Shown: positions 36,923 to 47,859, numbered from the stretch's first letter. The stretch: 64,000 nucleotides of DNA from Candidatus Heimdallarchaeota archaeon (GCA_019058275.1 JAHLVW010000083.1:1-64000), one strand, 5' to 3'. The notes: generated from the sequence alone by a model not told the origin. Numbers and translations: made by a program.

Positions 36923-38098
36923 CTATTGATTTGGTTGAGTTGTGACCACTCTACTATTTCCAGTTAAGTATACTGTATGTTCTGATTGTGAAATTATTGA
37001 ATCTTTTATATCACTAAGAACTGGATATCGTTTTATTTGAGCTTTATTGGCTAAGTAGTTTAAAGCAACTTTTGTTGATGGTATTGGTAACTCTTTGGCA
37101 ATCCATCGTGTTGTGAATGGAAAATACCTATAATTTGCAAGTATAACTTTCCTTGCTCTTTTAGCAGATTCAAGACGTAGTGGAATATTGAAAGGATTTA
37201 ACTGGAAAATATAACATCTAATATCACCCTTAATCAATCTACCAGTTCCAGACGTAGCAAAAGTTTCAATTGCAAAGGCTTGACCTTCTTCTAATCTTAT
37301 TCCTTTAGTTCCTTTAACGTTTGGAATGGTTATTGGACCATGAAGAAGATTTTGATCTAATTGGTGACCACTTAGCTCTCTTATTGGTCTATAACCATAT
37401 GAACGAATAATATCATCAATTGCTGTGCCAATTCTATCTGTGGTCATACCAGGACGAATTAAATCAACAGCAGCTTTTGTAGCCTCTTCTGAAGCTTTAA
37501 TGATATCTTTATGATCTTGACCAAAAGAAACAGTAAAAGCAGTATCTGCAACATAACCATCTACGTGAACACCACAATCAACCTTCACAATATCTCCTTT
37601 TTGAATTACTAATTCATCTTCTGGTTGTGCGGAATAATGTGCTGCTACATTATTGATAGATATGTTCAGTGGAAACGCCCAAAGTCCACCTAATTCTTTT
37701 ATCTTTGATTCACCTGCTTCACATACTTCTAGAACTGAAGCTCCAACCTTGACTTTGCTTCTTAAGAGTTCCTTAACTTTTATAGCAATTTCTCCAGCCT
37801 TTAGATAGAACTCAAGTGGACCTTCAACTTTAGCTGCTTTTGCAGTAGCTTTCTTCTTTACAACTTTCTTAGTTATGGTTTTCTTCACAGTAGTAGTTTT
37901 TGTTGCTGCTTTGGTAGTTGTAGTTTTTTTCTTTGTTGGTGCTTTCTTTGTTGTAGTCTTTTTAGTGGCTGCTGTAGTAGTTTTCTTAGTAGAAGATGTT
38001 TTTGCAGTTGGTTTCTTTTTTGCAGTAGATGTTGTTTTTTTGGTAGGACTAGCCTTCTTCTTTGTGCTAGTTTTTATTGGTTTTTTTTGTTTTGACAT
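36923..38098 (-). CDS. map: Type II methionine aminopeptidase with a roughly 90-aa K/T/A-rich N-terminal extension
   Basis: AAHY, KVDCGVHVDGYVADTA, SGH, AIETF and QSEHT metal ligands intact. Type II helical insertion present. Confidence 0.9.
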   Translation of the reverse strand: MSKQKKPIKTSTKKKASPTKKTTSTAKKKPTAKTSSTKKTTTAATKKTTTKKAPTKKKTTTTKAATKTTTVKKTITKKVVKKKATAKAAKVEGPLEFYLKAGEIAIKVKELLRSKVKVGASVLEVCEAGESKIKELGGLWAFPLNISINNVAAHYSAQPEDELVIQKGDIVKVDCGVHVDGYVADTAFTVSFGQDHKDIIKASEEATKAAVDLIRPGMTTDRIGTAIDDIIRSYGYRPIRELSGHQLDQNLLHGPITIPNVKGTKGIRLEEGQAFAIETFATSGTGRLIKGDIRCYIFQLNPFNIPLRLESAKRARKVILANYRYFPFTTRWIAKELPIPSTKVALNYLANKAQIKRYPVLSDIKDSIISQSEHTVYLTGNSRVVTTQPNQ

Positions 38099-38236
38099 TA
38101 CTAATGCTCCTATCATTAAATAGAATAAAAATTATCTTTTATTAATTCTTCCCGAATCTTCTTGAAACGAATTAAAAAGTTTCTTTGGTTTTTGAAAAAC
38201 AAAAATCTCAAAATAGAAATCTCACAATGAATAGGT

Positions 38237-38279
38237 AAAAAATAAAAAAAAAAGAAAAAATGTAAGGAACGGAGTTCCT
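38237..38279 (-). terminator. Hairpin plus long U-tract terminator of the 38284-39918 gene
   Basis: AGGAAC-3nt-GTTCCT at 38265-38279; A-tract 38237-38260 (U-tract on the minus strand). Confidence 0.55.
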
Positions 38280-38283
38280 AACT

Positions 38284-39918
38284 TTATTTCTTGAATTTCT
38301 TGTATATTATGAAGCTTGCACCAGCGAGTCCGAAGATACCTAATATGATACCAAATCCAGCTGTTGCGGGTGTATATTCACCAAGAATGAACCAGTAATA
38401 ATCTGATGTTATCTTGTTATTGGCTGAATCAAATACTTGTACGAAGTATGTGTAGTTATTCATTGCGCTTGCGTTGTATGCATCAGTTAATGAGATGTTT
38501 GCATCGTAGGTTGATCCTCCAGATGAGAATTGTATCATTTGGATCTGTTTAGCAATGTCATCATCTTTGTAGTAGTACAATAGAACTGAAAGCTCATCTA
38601 CATAAGTATAGTCATCCTTAACACCAACTGTTACAGTAACATAATCAGTGTCATTATCTAGACCAGTTGGGTATCTTTCATTTAAATCGACTATACCAAT
38701 AATTTCTGGTGCTAAATCATCACTAATTGTTACATTTTGATATTTTACAAATGGTGTTTCGTATTTTGGAGCGAATGTAACATTAAGTTGTTGGAATCCT
38801 AGGGGCATTTGATATTTATTGAATTGGTATAGTACGCTCCAGTCTCCTGTGATATAGTTAATTTCAGCAAGTCTCCACGATCCTTCTAATTCTAGGTTGA
38901 CGAGTATTTCAGATGCTCTGTAATCGTCATATGCAGTACCAGTAACTAAGAGTGATTCGTTAACTGTGTCAGTAATAGCATTCCAGGTGAATGTAGCTGC
39001 ATTGTCGTTGTCTCCTGATAGAACGTAGCATTCAACATCGATTATCATGTCTTCTGCATCATCTCCATCAGCTGCTCCAACACAGAATGAATAATCTGAT
39101 AATGTGGAGAAGTCAAATACAATATCGTCAGTTTGACCAGTGTTTAATAGTCTAGCGAATTCTATTATATGCATGTCATTGCCTGATACGTTAAATGTAT
39201 GAGAAATAGCAACATCTGTTTGACTTAAAGTTGGAGGAGTTTTTTCAAACCAACCCTTGTAAACAGTAAGATTCGCAACAGCATCCTGATTAGCTATCGC
39301 CACTGAAAAATTATCCGTTTTTGGTTGTAACCAACCTTTTGCCTCAGTAACGGTATCAATATTTCGGGTGAATGAAGTATCACCAGCATCAGCTTTACCA
39401 GCTTTGGTCATTTCATAAGCGTAGTTAGCATCTCCTCTGAATGAGTTTGCCCAGACCCAATAGTCTGAAGCTTTTCCCTTAGAGAAACCAACAGTTAACA
39501 TGTCATCAGAACCATCAAATTGGTCCCAAATAGCATGAGTGGTATTATCTTCCGTACTACCTGTCTTGTTCCACAAACTAACGGTATTGTCGATTGTTGA
39601 ATCAGCCCATTGAACTGCAACATAAACATGGGTGCTTGTGTAGCACAGATAGGTGTCAACACCATTGAAATCGTAATGTGGATTGTTAACCCAATCATCA
39701 AGATTAGCATCTACAGTGATTCCTGGACCATATGTACTATTGTCATACATCCAAATACCTTTGGAACCCCAAGGAGTTACGGCATCTGGATTTATTAATT
39801 CGGTGTCAGAAATAGTAGTTGAGTTACCTGATGTTTGTCTAAAAGTACTAGCAACAGCAAATGCACTAGAAAACATAACTAGAAACATTACTGCAGCTAA
39901 AATTTTTCTCTTCTTCAT
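38284..39918 (-). CDS. Secreted/surface DOMON-like protein with a C-terminal sorting-type anchor
   Basis: Signal peptide; YVAVQWAD, DYWVW and IEFARLLNTG..DD; ends TAGFG-TM-KKFKK. Confidence 0.65.
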   Translation of the reverse strand: MKKRKILAAVMFLVMFSSAFAVASTFRQTSGNSTTISDTELINPDAVTPWGSKGIWMYDNSTYGPGITVDANLDDWVNNPHYDFNGVDTYLCYTSTHVYVAVQWADSTIDNTVSLWNKTGSTEDNTTHAIWDQFDGSDDMLTVGFSKGKASDYWVWANSFRGDANYAYEMTKAGKADAGDTSFTRNIDTVTEAKGWLQPKTDNFSVAIANQDAVANLTVYKGWFEKTPPTLSQTDVAISHTFNVSGNDMHIIEFARLLNTGQTDDIVFDFSTLSDYSFCVGAADGDDAEDMIIDVECYVLSGDNDNAATFTWNAITDTVNESLLVTGTAYDDYRASEILVNLELEGSWRLAEINYITGDWSVLYQFNKYQMPLGFQQLNVTFAPKYETPFVKYQNVTISDDLAPEIIGIVDLNERYPTGLDNDTDYVTVTVGVKDDYTYVDELSVLLYYYKDDDIAKQIQMIQFSSGGSTYDANISLTDAYNASAMNNYTYFVQVFDSANNKITSDYYWFILGEYTPATAGFGIILGIFGLAGASFIIYKKFKK

Positions 39919-40188
39919 AATTCGAACATCTTCCTATTATTTTTTTAGGCTAAATCTTTGCTCCTAGCTGTAGCTTGGAACATAGAGTCGTGGTTTTATT
40001 TTGAATGAGAGAATATATACTTTTTGGAAACATTAAAAAATTATTTATACTTTAAATGATTCGTTTATCTTTTTAGCAAATAATTTAATAAATACACAGT
40101 TTTTCCAAGCAAATGAACTGTTCAGCAAAAACTGAAATATTCATGAAAAATTAGCTTTTTTTTATGAAAAATAATTGTTCAGAAATTC

Positions 40189-42000
40189 CTAAACAATTCG
40201 TCCAAACTCTTTTTCTAGTGTCTTTTCTGATATTTTAATAATGGTTGGTCGACCATGAGGGCAAGTAAATGGATTTTTGCAATTCTTTAACTCAAATAAG
40301 ATAGAAAGTATTTTAGAAATGTCAACCGCATCTCCTCCACGAACAACTGAATGGCAAGCCATTGTCTTTAGAATGAGATCTATTCTTTCATTTATATCAC
40401 CAATTTTGACAACATCTTTTCTCATTTCATCAATGAAGTCTTTAATATCATTTTCAGTTTTAACTAGATCCATAGAGACTGGTAAGCTACGAACGATGTA
40501 GGTCTTCCCACCAAATAATTCGAAATTAATTCCTATCTTCTTAAATTGATGCAAGTAGTCCTTTAAGAAAGCTATTTGCTCACTTGTTAGCTGAAAAGTT
40601 ATTGGTTGGAGTAATTCTTGAATTTCTAGTTTAGAATTTTGGAGTTTTTCTGTTAATTGTTCGTACCTAACACGTTCATGTGCAGCATGGATGTCAACAA
40701 CTGCAATGCCTTCATTAGTTTCACATAAAGCATAAAGATTCAATGCTTGACCTAAGGGTTTCATCCAGAATGAATCTGAAAACACAACAACTCTAGATTC
40801 CGTATGTAATGATTGTTTATGTTTTACTTTTATTGAATCATCTTCAGCTTCAAATGTAAGTTGTGCATCTACTGATGTTTGTGATGAGCTAGTATCGATT
40901 TGTTTAGTAGTTTTAGTTACTATTTCTTTAACAGGTTCCATTGCAAGAGATACTTGCTCTGATGTTCCTTTCAATAATAGCTTCTCATCTCGCCATAGTT
41001 CAGTTGAACTTAATGCTTCTGAGATTGCGTTTTTAACTACATCAAATATCTTTGAAGCATTACCAAATCTAACTTCCCTTTTTGTTGGATGAATATTAAC
41101 ATCAACTTCAGAGGTTTCAAGTTCAATATTTAGAAGTGTCACAGGATATCTTTTTTTCATAAGTAAAGTTTTATACGCTTCCTCAACTCCTTCTGATAGG
41201 ATTTTGTTTTTTACAAAGCGTTTATTCACATAAAACATTTCATGATCTCTTGTTGAACGGGAAAGATCAGGCATTGATGTAAAACCAGAAACTTCTACCC
41301 CATCATGTTTATATAATACTGGTATCATTTTTCTTGTCATTTCTATTCCAAAAACAGCTATAAATGGTTCTATTGTGTTTGAGCTCTTTGGACTATTCAA
41401 TAGGATTGACTTATCATGTTGAAGCTTAAAATGGATATTTGGTCGAATCAAAGCTTGCCTTGTAACAATTTCAATAATATGACCCAATTCAGTTGTTTTT
41501 GATTTTAGAAATTTCTTTCTTGCTGGAACATTATAGAACAAATTTCTTATCGTAATTATAGTGCCAGGTCTACAGTTTTTTTCTTCAAATAGCTCGAGCT
41601 CTCCTCCCTTAATTCTTACAATAGTTCCAATTGATTGATCTTTTTTTCTAGTAACAATCTCCATCATAGATACTGAAGCAATACTAGCTAAAGCTTCCCC
41701 TCTAAAACCTAAAGATTCGATTGAGGCCAAATCAGTTATAGTTTTTAGTTTGCTCGTTGTATGGGATTTCCATGATAGCGCAGCGTCTTCTTTACTCATA
41801 CCTATTCCATTATCAACGATCGTTATTTCATCAAGTCCATGTCCCTTAATGAAAACTGAAATTACAGTAGCAAATGCATCAAGCGAATTTTCAACTAATT
41901 CTTTAACAACAGATGCAGGTCGCTCAACAACTTCACCTGCAGCTATTTTGGTGATTGTTTTTTTATCAAGTTGAATAATGGTTGTCCTTTTAGACGACAT
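40189..42000 (-). CDS. mutL: DNA mismatch repair endonuclease MutL
   Basis: IAAGEV.ERP.SVVKELVENSLDA, GFRGEAL, DVNIHPTK, DIHAAHER, ACH, CPHGRP and FGR. Confidence 0.95.
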   Translation of the reverse strand: MSSKRTTIIQLDKKTITKIAAGEVVERPASVVKELVENSLDAFATVISVFIKGHGLDEITIVDNGIGMSKEDAALSWKSHTTSKLKTITDLASIESLGFRGEALASIASVSMMEIVTRKKDQSIGTIVRIKGGELELFEEKNCRPGTIITIRNLFYNVPARKKFLKSKTTELGHIIEIVTRQALIRPNIHFKLQHDKSILLNSPKSSNTIEPFIAVFGIEMTRKMIPVLYKHDGVEVSGFTSMPDLSRSTRDHEMFYVNKRFVKNKILSEGVEEAYKTLLMKKRYPVTLLNIELETSEVDVNIHPTKREVRFGNASKIFDVVKNAISEALSSTELWRDEKLLLKGTSEQVSLAMEPVKEIVTKTTKQIDTSSSQTSVDAQLTFEAEDDSIKVKHKQSLHTESRVVVFSDSFWMKPLGQALNLYALCETNEGIAVVDIHAAHERVRYEQLTEKLQNSKLEIQELLQPITFQLTSEQIAFLKDYLHQFKKIGINFELFGGKTYIVRSLPVSMDLVKTENDIKDFIDEMRKDVVKIGDINERIDLILKTMACHSVVRGGDAVDISKILSILFELKNCKNPFTCPHGRPTIIKISEKTLEKEFGRIV

Positions 42001-42243
42001 AGCTACCCCAATTCCTTTGGTAGATAATGATTTTTAATAATAGTGATGAACTCAAAATTGACACTCTTACTTAATTAATACTTTCAAATTGATTAATAAA
42101 TTCCTCTACGATATTTTAGATGCTAGTTAGCTCTTGTTAACTATCTAATTCAAGCACCAAAAAAAGATAAATAGGCATTAGCTTTATTGATAAGAAAAAG
42201 TAACTTTAGACAATTTTGACGTTATAATTCGGAGTAAAATTAG

Positions 42244-43251
42244 ATGGCACAAATTATAGTATTAGCAATTTTCTTAGGGATATTATCATACTCAATGCTG
42301 AATATAGGCATGGGATTACAGAAGAAGGGTGCTGCTTGTTTACCGAAGATTGAAAAACAAAGTTTTGGTCAAAATATGAAAAACTTCTTTACAAACAAGA
42401 CATGGCTTATCGGATTTCTTTTAGTTCAGATACAATGGGGTTTTCTAGCAATGGCTCTAGATTTCGCTTCTGTATCGATAATAACTCCACTAATGAGTGT
42501 TGGTATGGTAGCATTAATCATTTTTTCATATTTCTATTTGAAAGAGCCAATCACAAAAGTTGAAATGATGGGAATTATAGCAATTATAATTGGAATTGTT
42601 GTTTTAGGTGTCACAAGTCCAAGTGATGAAGTGGAATACAATCTGAACTTTGTTTTTGAGAATATATCAAAACTAAGTTCAATAATTTTTCTTATAGTAG
42701 CGTTCATTATTTCCATTCTACTTCTTGTTGTATGTATAAGTCGTAAATTTGCTAATGCTGATATTTTGTTCAGCATTTCAGCAGGAATTACAGATGCTTT
42801 AGGGGCTATATTTTTGAGAGCTTATATGGGGGGAGCTGATTTTAGAGATGGAGATGTTCTTAGAGAAGCTTCTCTTAGATGGGGGTGGTGGGTGATTTTT
42901 GTACTAATGATTTTGTTAAATGCAACTGCTACCATCTATTTGCAAGTTGCCTATCAAAGAGGTAAAGCAGTTGTAGTAGCACCTATTTTCGCGGTTTTAG
43001 CTATGATTACTCCTGTATTTGGTGGAATCCTGATTTTTAATGAATGGAGCTTTTATTTCACAGAAAAGAAATTTGGTTTTATGGCTGGAAGAATAATTGC
43101 CTTGGCAATCATAGCTGCAGGAGCCATCATACTTTCGCTACATAGTGCTAGAAGTAGAAAGTTTGATGTTTGTGATGTAGATGAGGACGAAAAAAGAACA
43201 CAAACACCAGACTTGGTTCAACCAATCGATGCATCTAATGCTTCGAAGTGA
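42244..43251 (+). CDS. DMT-superfamily transporter, NIPA Mg2+-transporter-like
   Basis: About nine TM helices; G..LQKKG; W..GF; A..FA..SI.TPL; V.P.F; FGG.LIFNEW. Confidence 0.7.
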   Translation: MAQIIVLAIFLGILSYSMLNIGMGLQKKGAACLPKIEKQSFGQNMKNFFTNKTWLIGFLLVQIQWGFLAMALDFASVSIITPLMSVGMVALIIFSYFYLKEPITKVEMMGIIAIIIGIVVLGVTSPSDEVEYNLNFVFENISKLSSIIFLIVAFIISILLLVVCISRKFANADILFSISAGITDALGAIFLRAYMGGADFRDGDVLREASLRWGWWVIFVLMILLNATATIYLQVAYQRGKAVVVAPIFAVLAMITPVFGGILIFNEWSFYFTEKKFGFMAGRIIALAIIAAGAIILSLHSARSRKFDVCDVDEDEKRTQTPDLVQPIDASNASK

Positions 43252-43271
43252 TAATGTCATTCACTCCAATT

Positions 43272-45974
43272 CTATTTTTCAAGTTGTTTGTAGCTTTTCT
43301 TGATCCGTTCTTTTATACTATTCAACTTATTTAAAGCTTCAAGAGGTGATAGATTATCAATGTCTATTTCTTGAAACTCCTCAACAATTTCTTCATTAAT
43401 TCTATCTTTTTCGTTTCTAGAAGATTTATGGAAGATACTTTTCATCAAAGTTAGATCACTACTACTTGGTTTCAATCCTTCAGTAATTTGACCCAAAAGA
43501 TTTGTTTGGACTGAAGCTGTTTTTGGTGCTATTGCATCATCCTCTCTAATTTCACCAGTCGAAGTTTGGTACTCTAAATATTGCAGAAGCTCTTTTGCCC
43601 TGTTTATTACTGCATCAGGCATACCAGAAAGCTTTGCAACCTGTATGCCGTAGCTCTTATCTGTGCCACCAGGAACAATCTTGTGTAGAAATAGAATCTT
43701 GTCTTCTTTCTTTTTCACTTGTATGCTGTAATTCTTTACTCGCTCGAGATATTTTTCGAGATCGATTAATTGATGATAGTGAGTAGCGAAAAGGGTTTTT
43801 GAGCCCAAATTACTTGAATTGTGCAAATATTCAGCTACAGCCCAAGCAATGCTAACACCATCAAAAGTAGAAGTTCCTCGACCAATTTCATCTAAAATAA
43901 TCAAGCTCCTTTTAGTAGCGTTATTAAGGATATTAGCAGTTTCATTCATTTCTACAAGAAATGTTGAAAGACCTTTTGAAATGTCATCTGAAGCACCGAT
44001 CCTAGTAAAGATTCGGTCAACCACTCCAATTGTAGCTTTCTCTGCAGGAACAAAACAGCCAATCTGAGCCATAAGTACGGTTAAAGCAACTTGCCGAATG
44101 TAAGTAGATTTACCACTCATGTTGGGACCGGTAATAATTAGAATCTGATCTGTTTTGTTATCCATTGTAACATCATTTGGAATGAAAGGTTGATCAAGAA
44201 GCATCTTCTCAACTACGCTATGACGACCCTTTTTTATTGATATCTTAAAGGAATTGTTTACAACTGGTCTTACATAAGCATTGTTTCTGGAGATTTCAGC
44301 AAAAGTTGTTAAGCAATCCAGCTCAGCTATTTTTTCAGCATTTACTAGAATTTTAGCAATTTCTTTATGCACAGCATCCCTAATTTCACAGAACAACTTA
44401 TACTCGAGATCATTAATTTGATCCTTAGCATTCAGAATTTTTGATTCATAATCTTTTAATTCCGAAGTGATAAACCTCTTTCCACTTGTTACTTCTTGCT
44501 TTTGAACATAATTTTCAGGTACCAAATTTAAGTAATTCTTACTTACTTGTATATAGTAACCTAGCACTCTATTGTATTCAACTCGAAGTGCTTTTATGCC
44601 TGTTTTTGTCTTTTCCTCTAATTCATAATTTATAATCCACTTTCTACCGCCTTCAGATATTTTCCGAAGGTCATCTACCTCTTGATTATAACCGTTTTTT
44701 ATTATTCCGCCATCTTTTATAGTAGCAGATGGAGATTCCTTTATTGCACTCTCTATTTTTTTAATTAGAGGATTCAAGTTGAATAATTCTTTAATGATCC
44801 TTTTAGGTGCATTTGATTGTAATGTCTTTAGTATCTTAGTAATAGATGGGATTGCTTTCAAGGAATTTTTAATCGAAATGATATCTCTTGCATTCGCCCT
44901 TTTCAGCGAAATCTGACTCGCTAAACGTTCAAGATCTTGCACTGGTTTAAGTACGGAGCGTAGATCCTCTCTTGCAAAAGAATTGCCAACTAATTCATCA
45001 ACTGCATCTAATCGCTCGTTAATTTTTTGGGGATCAACTAAGGGTCTTCGAAGTGCCCTTCTAATGTAACGTCCACCTAAAGAAGTACAGCTTTTGTCAA
45101 GAATTTCAATTAGAGTTCCTTTTGAGGTATTATCTCTAACGTTTCTTGTTAGTTCTAAACTTCTAAAGGATGATTGATCAATTACCATATAACCTTTTGT
45201 TGAATAAAGAGACATATTACGGATATTGTCTAATTTGGACTTTTGAGTCTCCATAAGGTAATCCAAAAGAGCACCAGCAGCTGAAATAGCTAGTGGTTTG
45301 TCTTCACAGCCAAAACCCTCCAAAGTCTTCGTTTTGAAATGCTCTGTTAACAGTTGATAAGAACTTTCATTTGAAAAACGATAATCCTCAAGTGGAGAGA
45401 TCATGACATTTTCAAGAGTCTCAAAAATACTATCAGGCAAATTATGTTTCTCAGAAACTATACATTCAGTTGGAGAAATTCTATTTAGCTCGATCAATAA
45501 TTCATCTAATGGTTCGTTCTCAATAAAATGAGTTACTCGGAATTCACCGGTTGAAACATCAGCTAATGCTAAGCCAAATTTCTTCCCTTTTTCAAAAATG
45601 GAAATGATATAGTTATTTTCATTCGATTCTAACATTGCAGTTTCAGTAATTGTCCCTGGAGTTAAAATGCGCACAACACCTCTTTTTACAAGCCCTTTGG
45701 CTTCACTTGCATCTTCTAGTTGATCCACGACAGCTACTTTGTACCCATGTTTGACTAGGGTCAACATATATGCATCGACAGCCTTTGCAGGAACACCTGC
45801 GAGTGGTTCACCAGATCTGGCAGTAAGCGTAATGCCTAAGATTTTCGCACCAAGCTTCGCATCAGCACCAAAAAGCTCAAAGAAATCTCCGACTCGGAAA
45901 AGTATTAAACAATCTGGATATTTTCGCTTAAAGGACTTATACTGTCTCATCATAGGAGTAGATTTTGAGGACAT
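43272..45974 (-). CDS. mutS: DNA mismatch repair protein MutS (MutS1)
   Basis: TPMMRQY, GDFFELF (F-x-E), TPGT, TGPNMSGKST, DEIGRGTST, FATHY and SYG. Confidence 0.97.
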   Translation of the reverse strand: MSSKSTPMMRQYKSFKRKYPDCLILFRVGDFFELFGADAKLGAKILGITLTARSGEPLAGVPAKAVDAYMLTLVKHGYKVAVVDQLEDASEAKGLVKRGVVRILTPGTITETAMLESNENNYIISIFEKGKKFGLALADVSTGEFRVTHFIENEPLDELLIELNRISPTECIVSEKHNLPDSIFETLENVMISPLEDYRFSNESSYQLLTEHFKTKTLEGFGCEDKPLAISAAGALLDYLMETQKSKLDNIRNMSLYSTKGYMVIDQSSFRSLELTRNVRDNTSKGTLIEILDKSCTSLGGRYIRRALRRPLVDPQKINERLDAVDELVGNSFAREDLRSVLKPVQDLERLASQISLKRANARDIISIKNSLKAIPSITKILKTLQSNAPKRIIKELFNLNPLIKKIESAIKESPSATIKDGGIIKNGYNQEVDDLRKISEGGRKWIINYELEEKTKTGIKALRVEYNRVLGYYIQVSKNYLNLVPENYVQKQEVTSGKRFITSELKDYESKILNAKDQINDLEYKLFCEIRDAVHKEIAKILVNAEKIAELDCLTTFAEISRNNAYVRPVVNNSFKISIKKGRHSVVEKMLLDQPFIPNDVTMDNKTDQILIITGPNMSGKSTYIRQVALTVLMAQIGCFVPAEKATIGVVDRIFTRIGASDDISKGLSTFLVEMNETANILNNATKRSLIILDEIGRGTSTFDGVSIAWAVAEYLHNSSNLGSKTLFATHYHQLIDLEKYLERVKNYSIQVKKKEDKILFLHKIVPGGTDKSYGIQVAKLSGMPDAVINRAKELLQYLEYQTSTGEIREDDAIAPKTASVQTNLLGQITEGLKPSSSDLTLMKSIFHKSSRNEKDRINEEIVEEFQEIDIDNLSPLEALNKLNSIKERIKKSYKQLEK

Positions 45975-46278
45975 TGACTTTACCCTATTGAAATTTATTT
46001 TAGCAATATACTAAGCTATCTTCTTCTACCTTTATTGCTTCTCTTACACAATTAATTATTAATTTTTCTTTAATATCATCAACGAAAGTAGCTCAAAATA
46101 ATCAGTACTTACGCTATTTTCGTTCAATACTAAGCAATCTTTAAGTTTTAAAATTAGAAACTAATATGTAGAAGTGAAGAAACAGGCATAAAAGAATGAA
46201 ATTTTATTGAGTTAGAAATCACATCCAATGAATAGCTAGAACCTTTCTAAAAAAAGTAGAAAGCTAGTACTAAAAGGG

Positions 46279-47859
46279 ATGAAAATGACTAAACGATTAG
46301 AAACTAAAATACCACAAATATTAGGATTCACAAAAATCTCAGCTGATGGTATTTTCAAACTAAAGAAGAAAATCGTTGAATATCTAAAGTTAACTGATAA
46401 CCAAATACCTTATCTAAATTACAATGGAGAAATAACTCTTTCTGCTAAACCTTTTGGTATAAAAGCTAATGTATTAAATGGAAATAGAATTGAATTACCT
46501 CTAAAAGCCTTAGAGAAATTGTTGATTACTAAAAGAACAGATATTTGTTTTATTGAACGACACAATGCAGTTGCGATAAAAAAAATCGAGATAAACGTAA
46601 AAAAAGGTAAAGGACCAAAAATCATTGATATTGAAAGTCCTTATTCTGTAATAAGGCAAGTTAAAACATTTGCAAATCCAGATAGTTTATTGGATGAGTT
46701 AATAGATAAATCAAAAGACATCAATTTAAACTATAATTTGGTTAATTTTTGGAAAGATAAAAAATCATTTAGCGCTTGGAAAGCCAGAAAAATTTTGAAT
46801 GTTCCTGAACCATTTGATGAAGATTTACAAAAGGAACTAATTCAAGATAGATTATCAAACCAAGATTCCTATGGTTCGTGGGAAGGATTAGTAACTGCTA
46901 CGGCTAAAAATTTGATGGAACTTGCTGAATTAGGGATGAGTAGTAACTATCCTCAAATTCAACAAGCTATAAAATGGCTAATGGATCGTCCAGAATCAAA
47001 ACACAATCCAGGAATGTTTTTCTTAACTGATGAATTAGTACAAGAGCAACTTGATATTGTTGAAATAAGAGAAGAACAAACTAGTGGTCCTCGAGATAGA
47101 TTTCGGAAACGTCCTAAAGGTGAATTGAAGTTAATAACAAATGTTGATGAACTCTATGATAATCCTTGTGGTCAAAGAATCATGTGGCCTAATGCATTTG
47201 TTCTAGAAGCATTGCTTACTTTGGGTTATGAAACACATGATAGAGTACAAACAATTCTTGAAACATTAACCTATAGTCATTGGTGTGATTGTGCTTATCA
47301 ACATGGACATAGTAGTTGGTTTCGAAAGGAACCTTATTCTATGAGAGAAGTAGAGAAATTCGAACGACAAACTTTGTATGAGTTTAAACATGGAGGCGTG
47401 AAAAACTTACAATTTCTTATAAGCCAACCTACTTTGAATCACTTACTTCGTTTATCTCAAAAGAGGAAAGGAGAAATTGTGGAGTACACCTTATGGGTAC
47501 CAATTATTACCCAAGGATGTGAATTAATAACTACTGAAGCTCTTAGCAAAGTAAAGGATGAAAAACTATGGCGTTTAGCTGAAACTCATTTATGGCGTTT
47601 TGTTGTTTTGCTTTACAATGCTTATACTAATCAACATACTATGGATGAATTTGTAAAATACCATCTAACACCATTCATTCATCTGAAGGTTTTTGCTAAA
47701 TATAATACTAAAGGATCGAGAATTGGCATTCTGTTATCACTTCCATGGATAAGAGACAATCAAAATGAGGATGGTTCATGGGGTAATGGCAAGCAAAAGG
47801 AAAGTGCAACAATATCTATTTTGAGTGCGCTTAAATCAATAGATTTCATCAATCAATAA
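46279..47859 (+). CDS. Tandem AbrB-like domains fused to a prenyltransferase/terpenoid-cyclase-like alpha-barrel
   Basis: Two N-terminal swapped-hairpin-like repeats; QW-type motifs QDSYGSW and QNEDGSW. Confidence 0.55.
   Translation: MKMTKRLETKIPQILGFTKISADGIFKLKKKIVEYLKLTDNQIPYLNYNGEITLSAKPFGIKANVLNGNRIELPLKALEKLLITKRTDICFIERHNAVAIKKIEINVKKGKGPKIIDIESPYSVIRQVKTFANPDSLLDELIDKSKDINLNYNLVNFWKDKKSFSAWKARKILNVPEPFDEDLQKELIQDRLSNQDSYGSWEGLVTATAKNLMELAELGMSSNYPQIQQAIKWLMDRPESKHNPGMFFLTDELVQEQLDIVEIREEQTSGPRDRFRKRPKGELKLITNVDELYDNPCGQRIMWPNAFVLEALLTLGYETHDRVQTILETLTYSHWCDCAYQHGHSSWFRKEPYSMREVEKFERQTLYEFKHGGVKNLQFLISQPTLNHLLRLSQKRKGEIVEYTLWVPIITQGCELITTEALSKVKDEKLWRLAETHLWRFVVLLYNAYTNQHTMDEFVKYHLTPFIHLKVFAKYNTKGSRIGILLSLPWIRDNQNEDGSWGNGKQKESATISILSALKSIDFINQ

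Noticed and set aside
37875-38123. Hydrophobic ORFs 37875-38123 and 34132-34434
   Set aside because: Antisense shadows of Lys/Thr-rich coding sequence (AAA/ACT read as Phe/Val).
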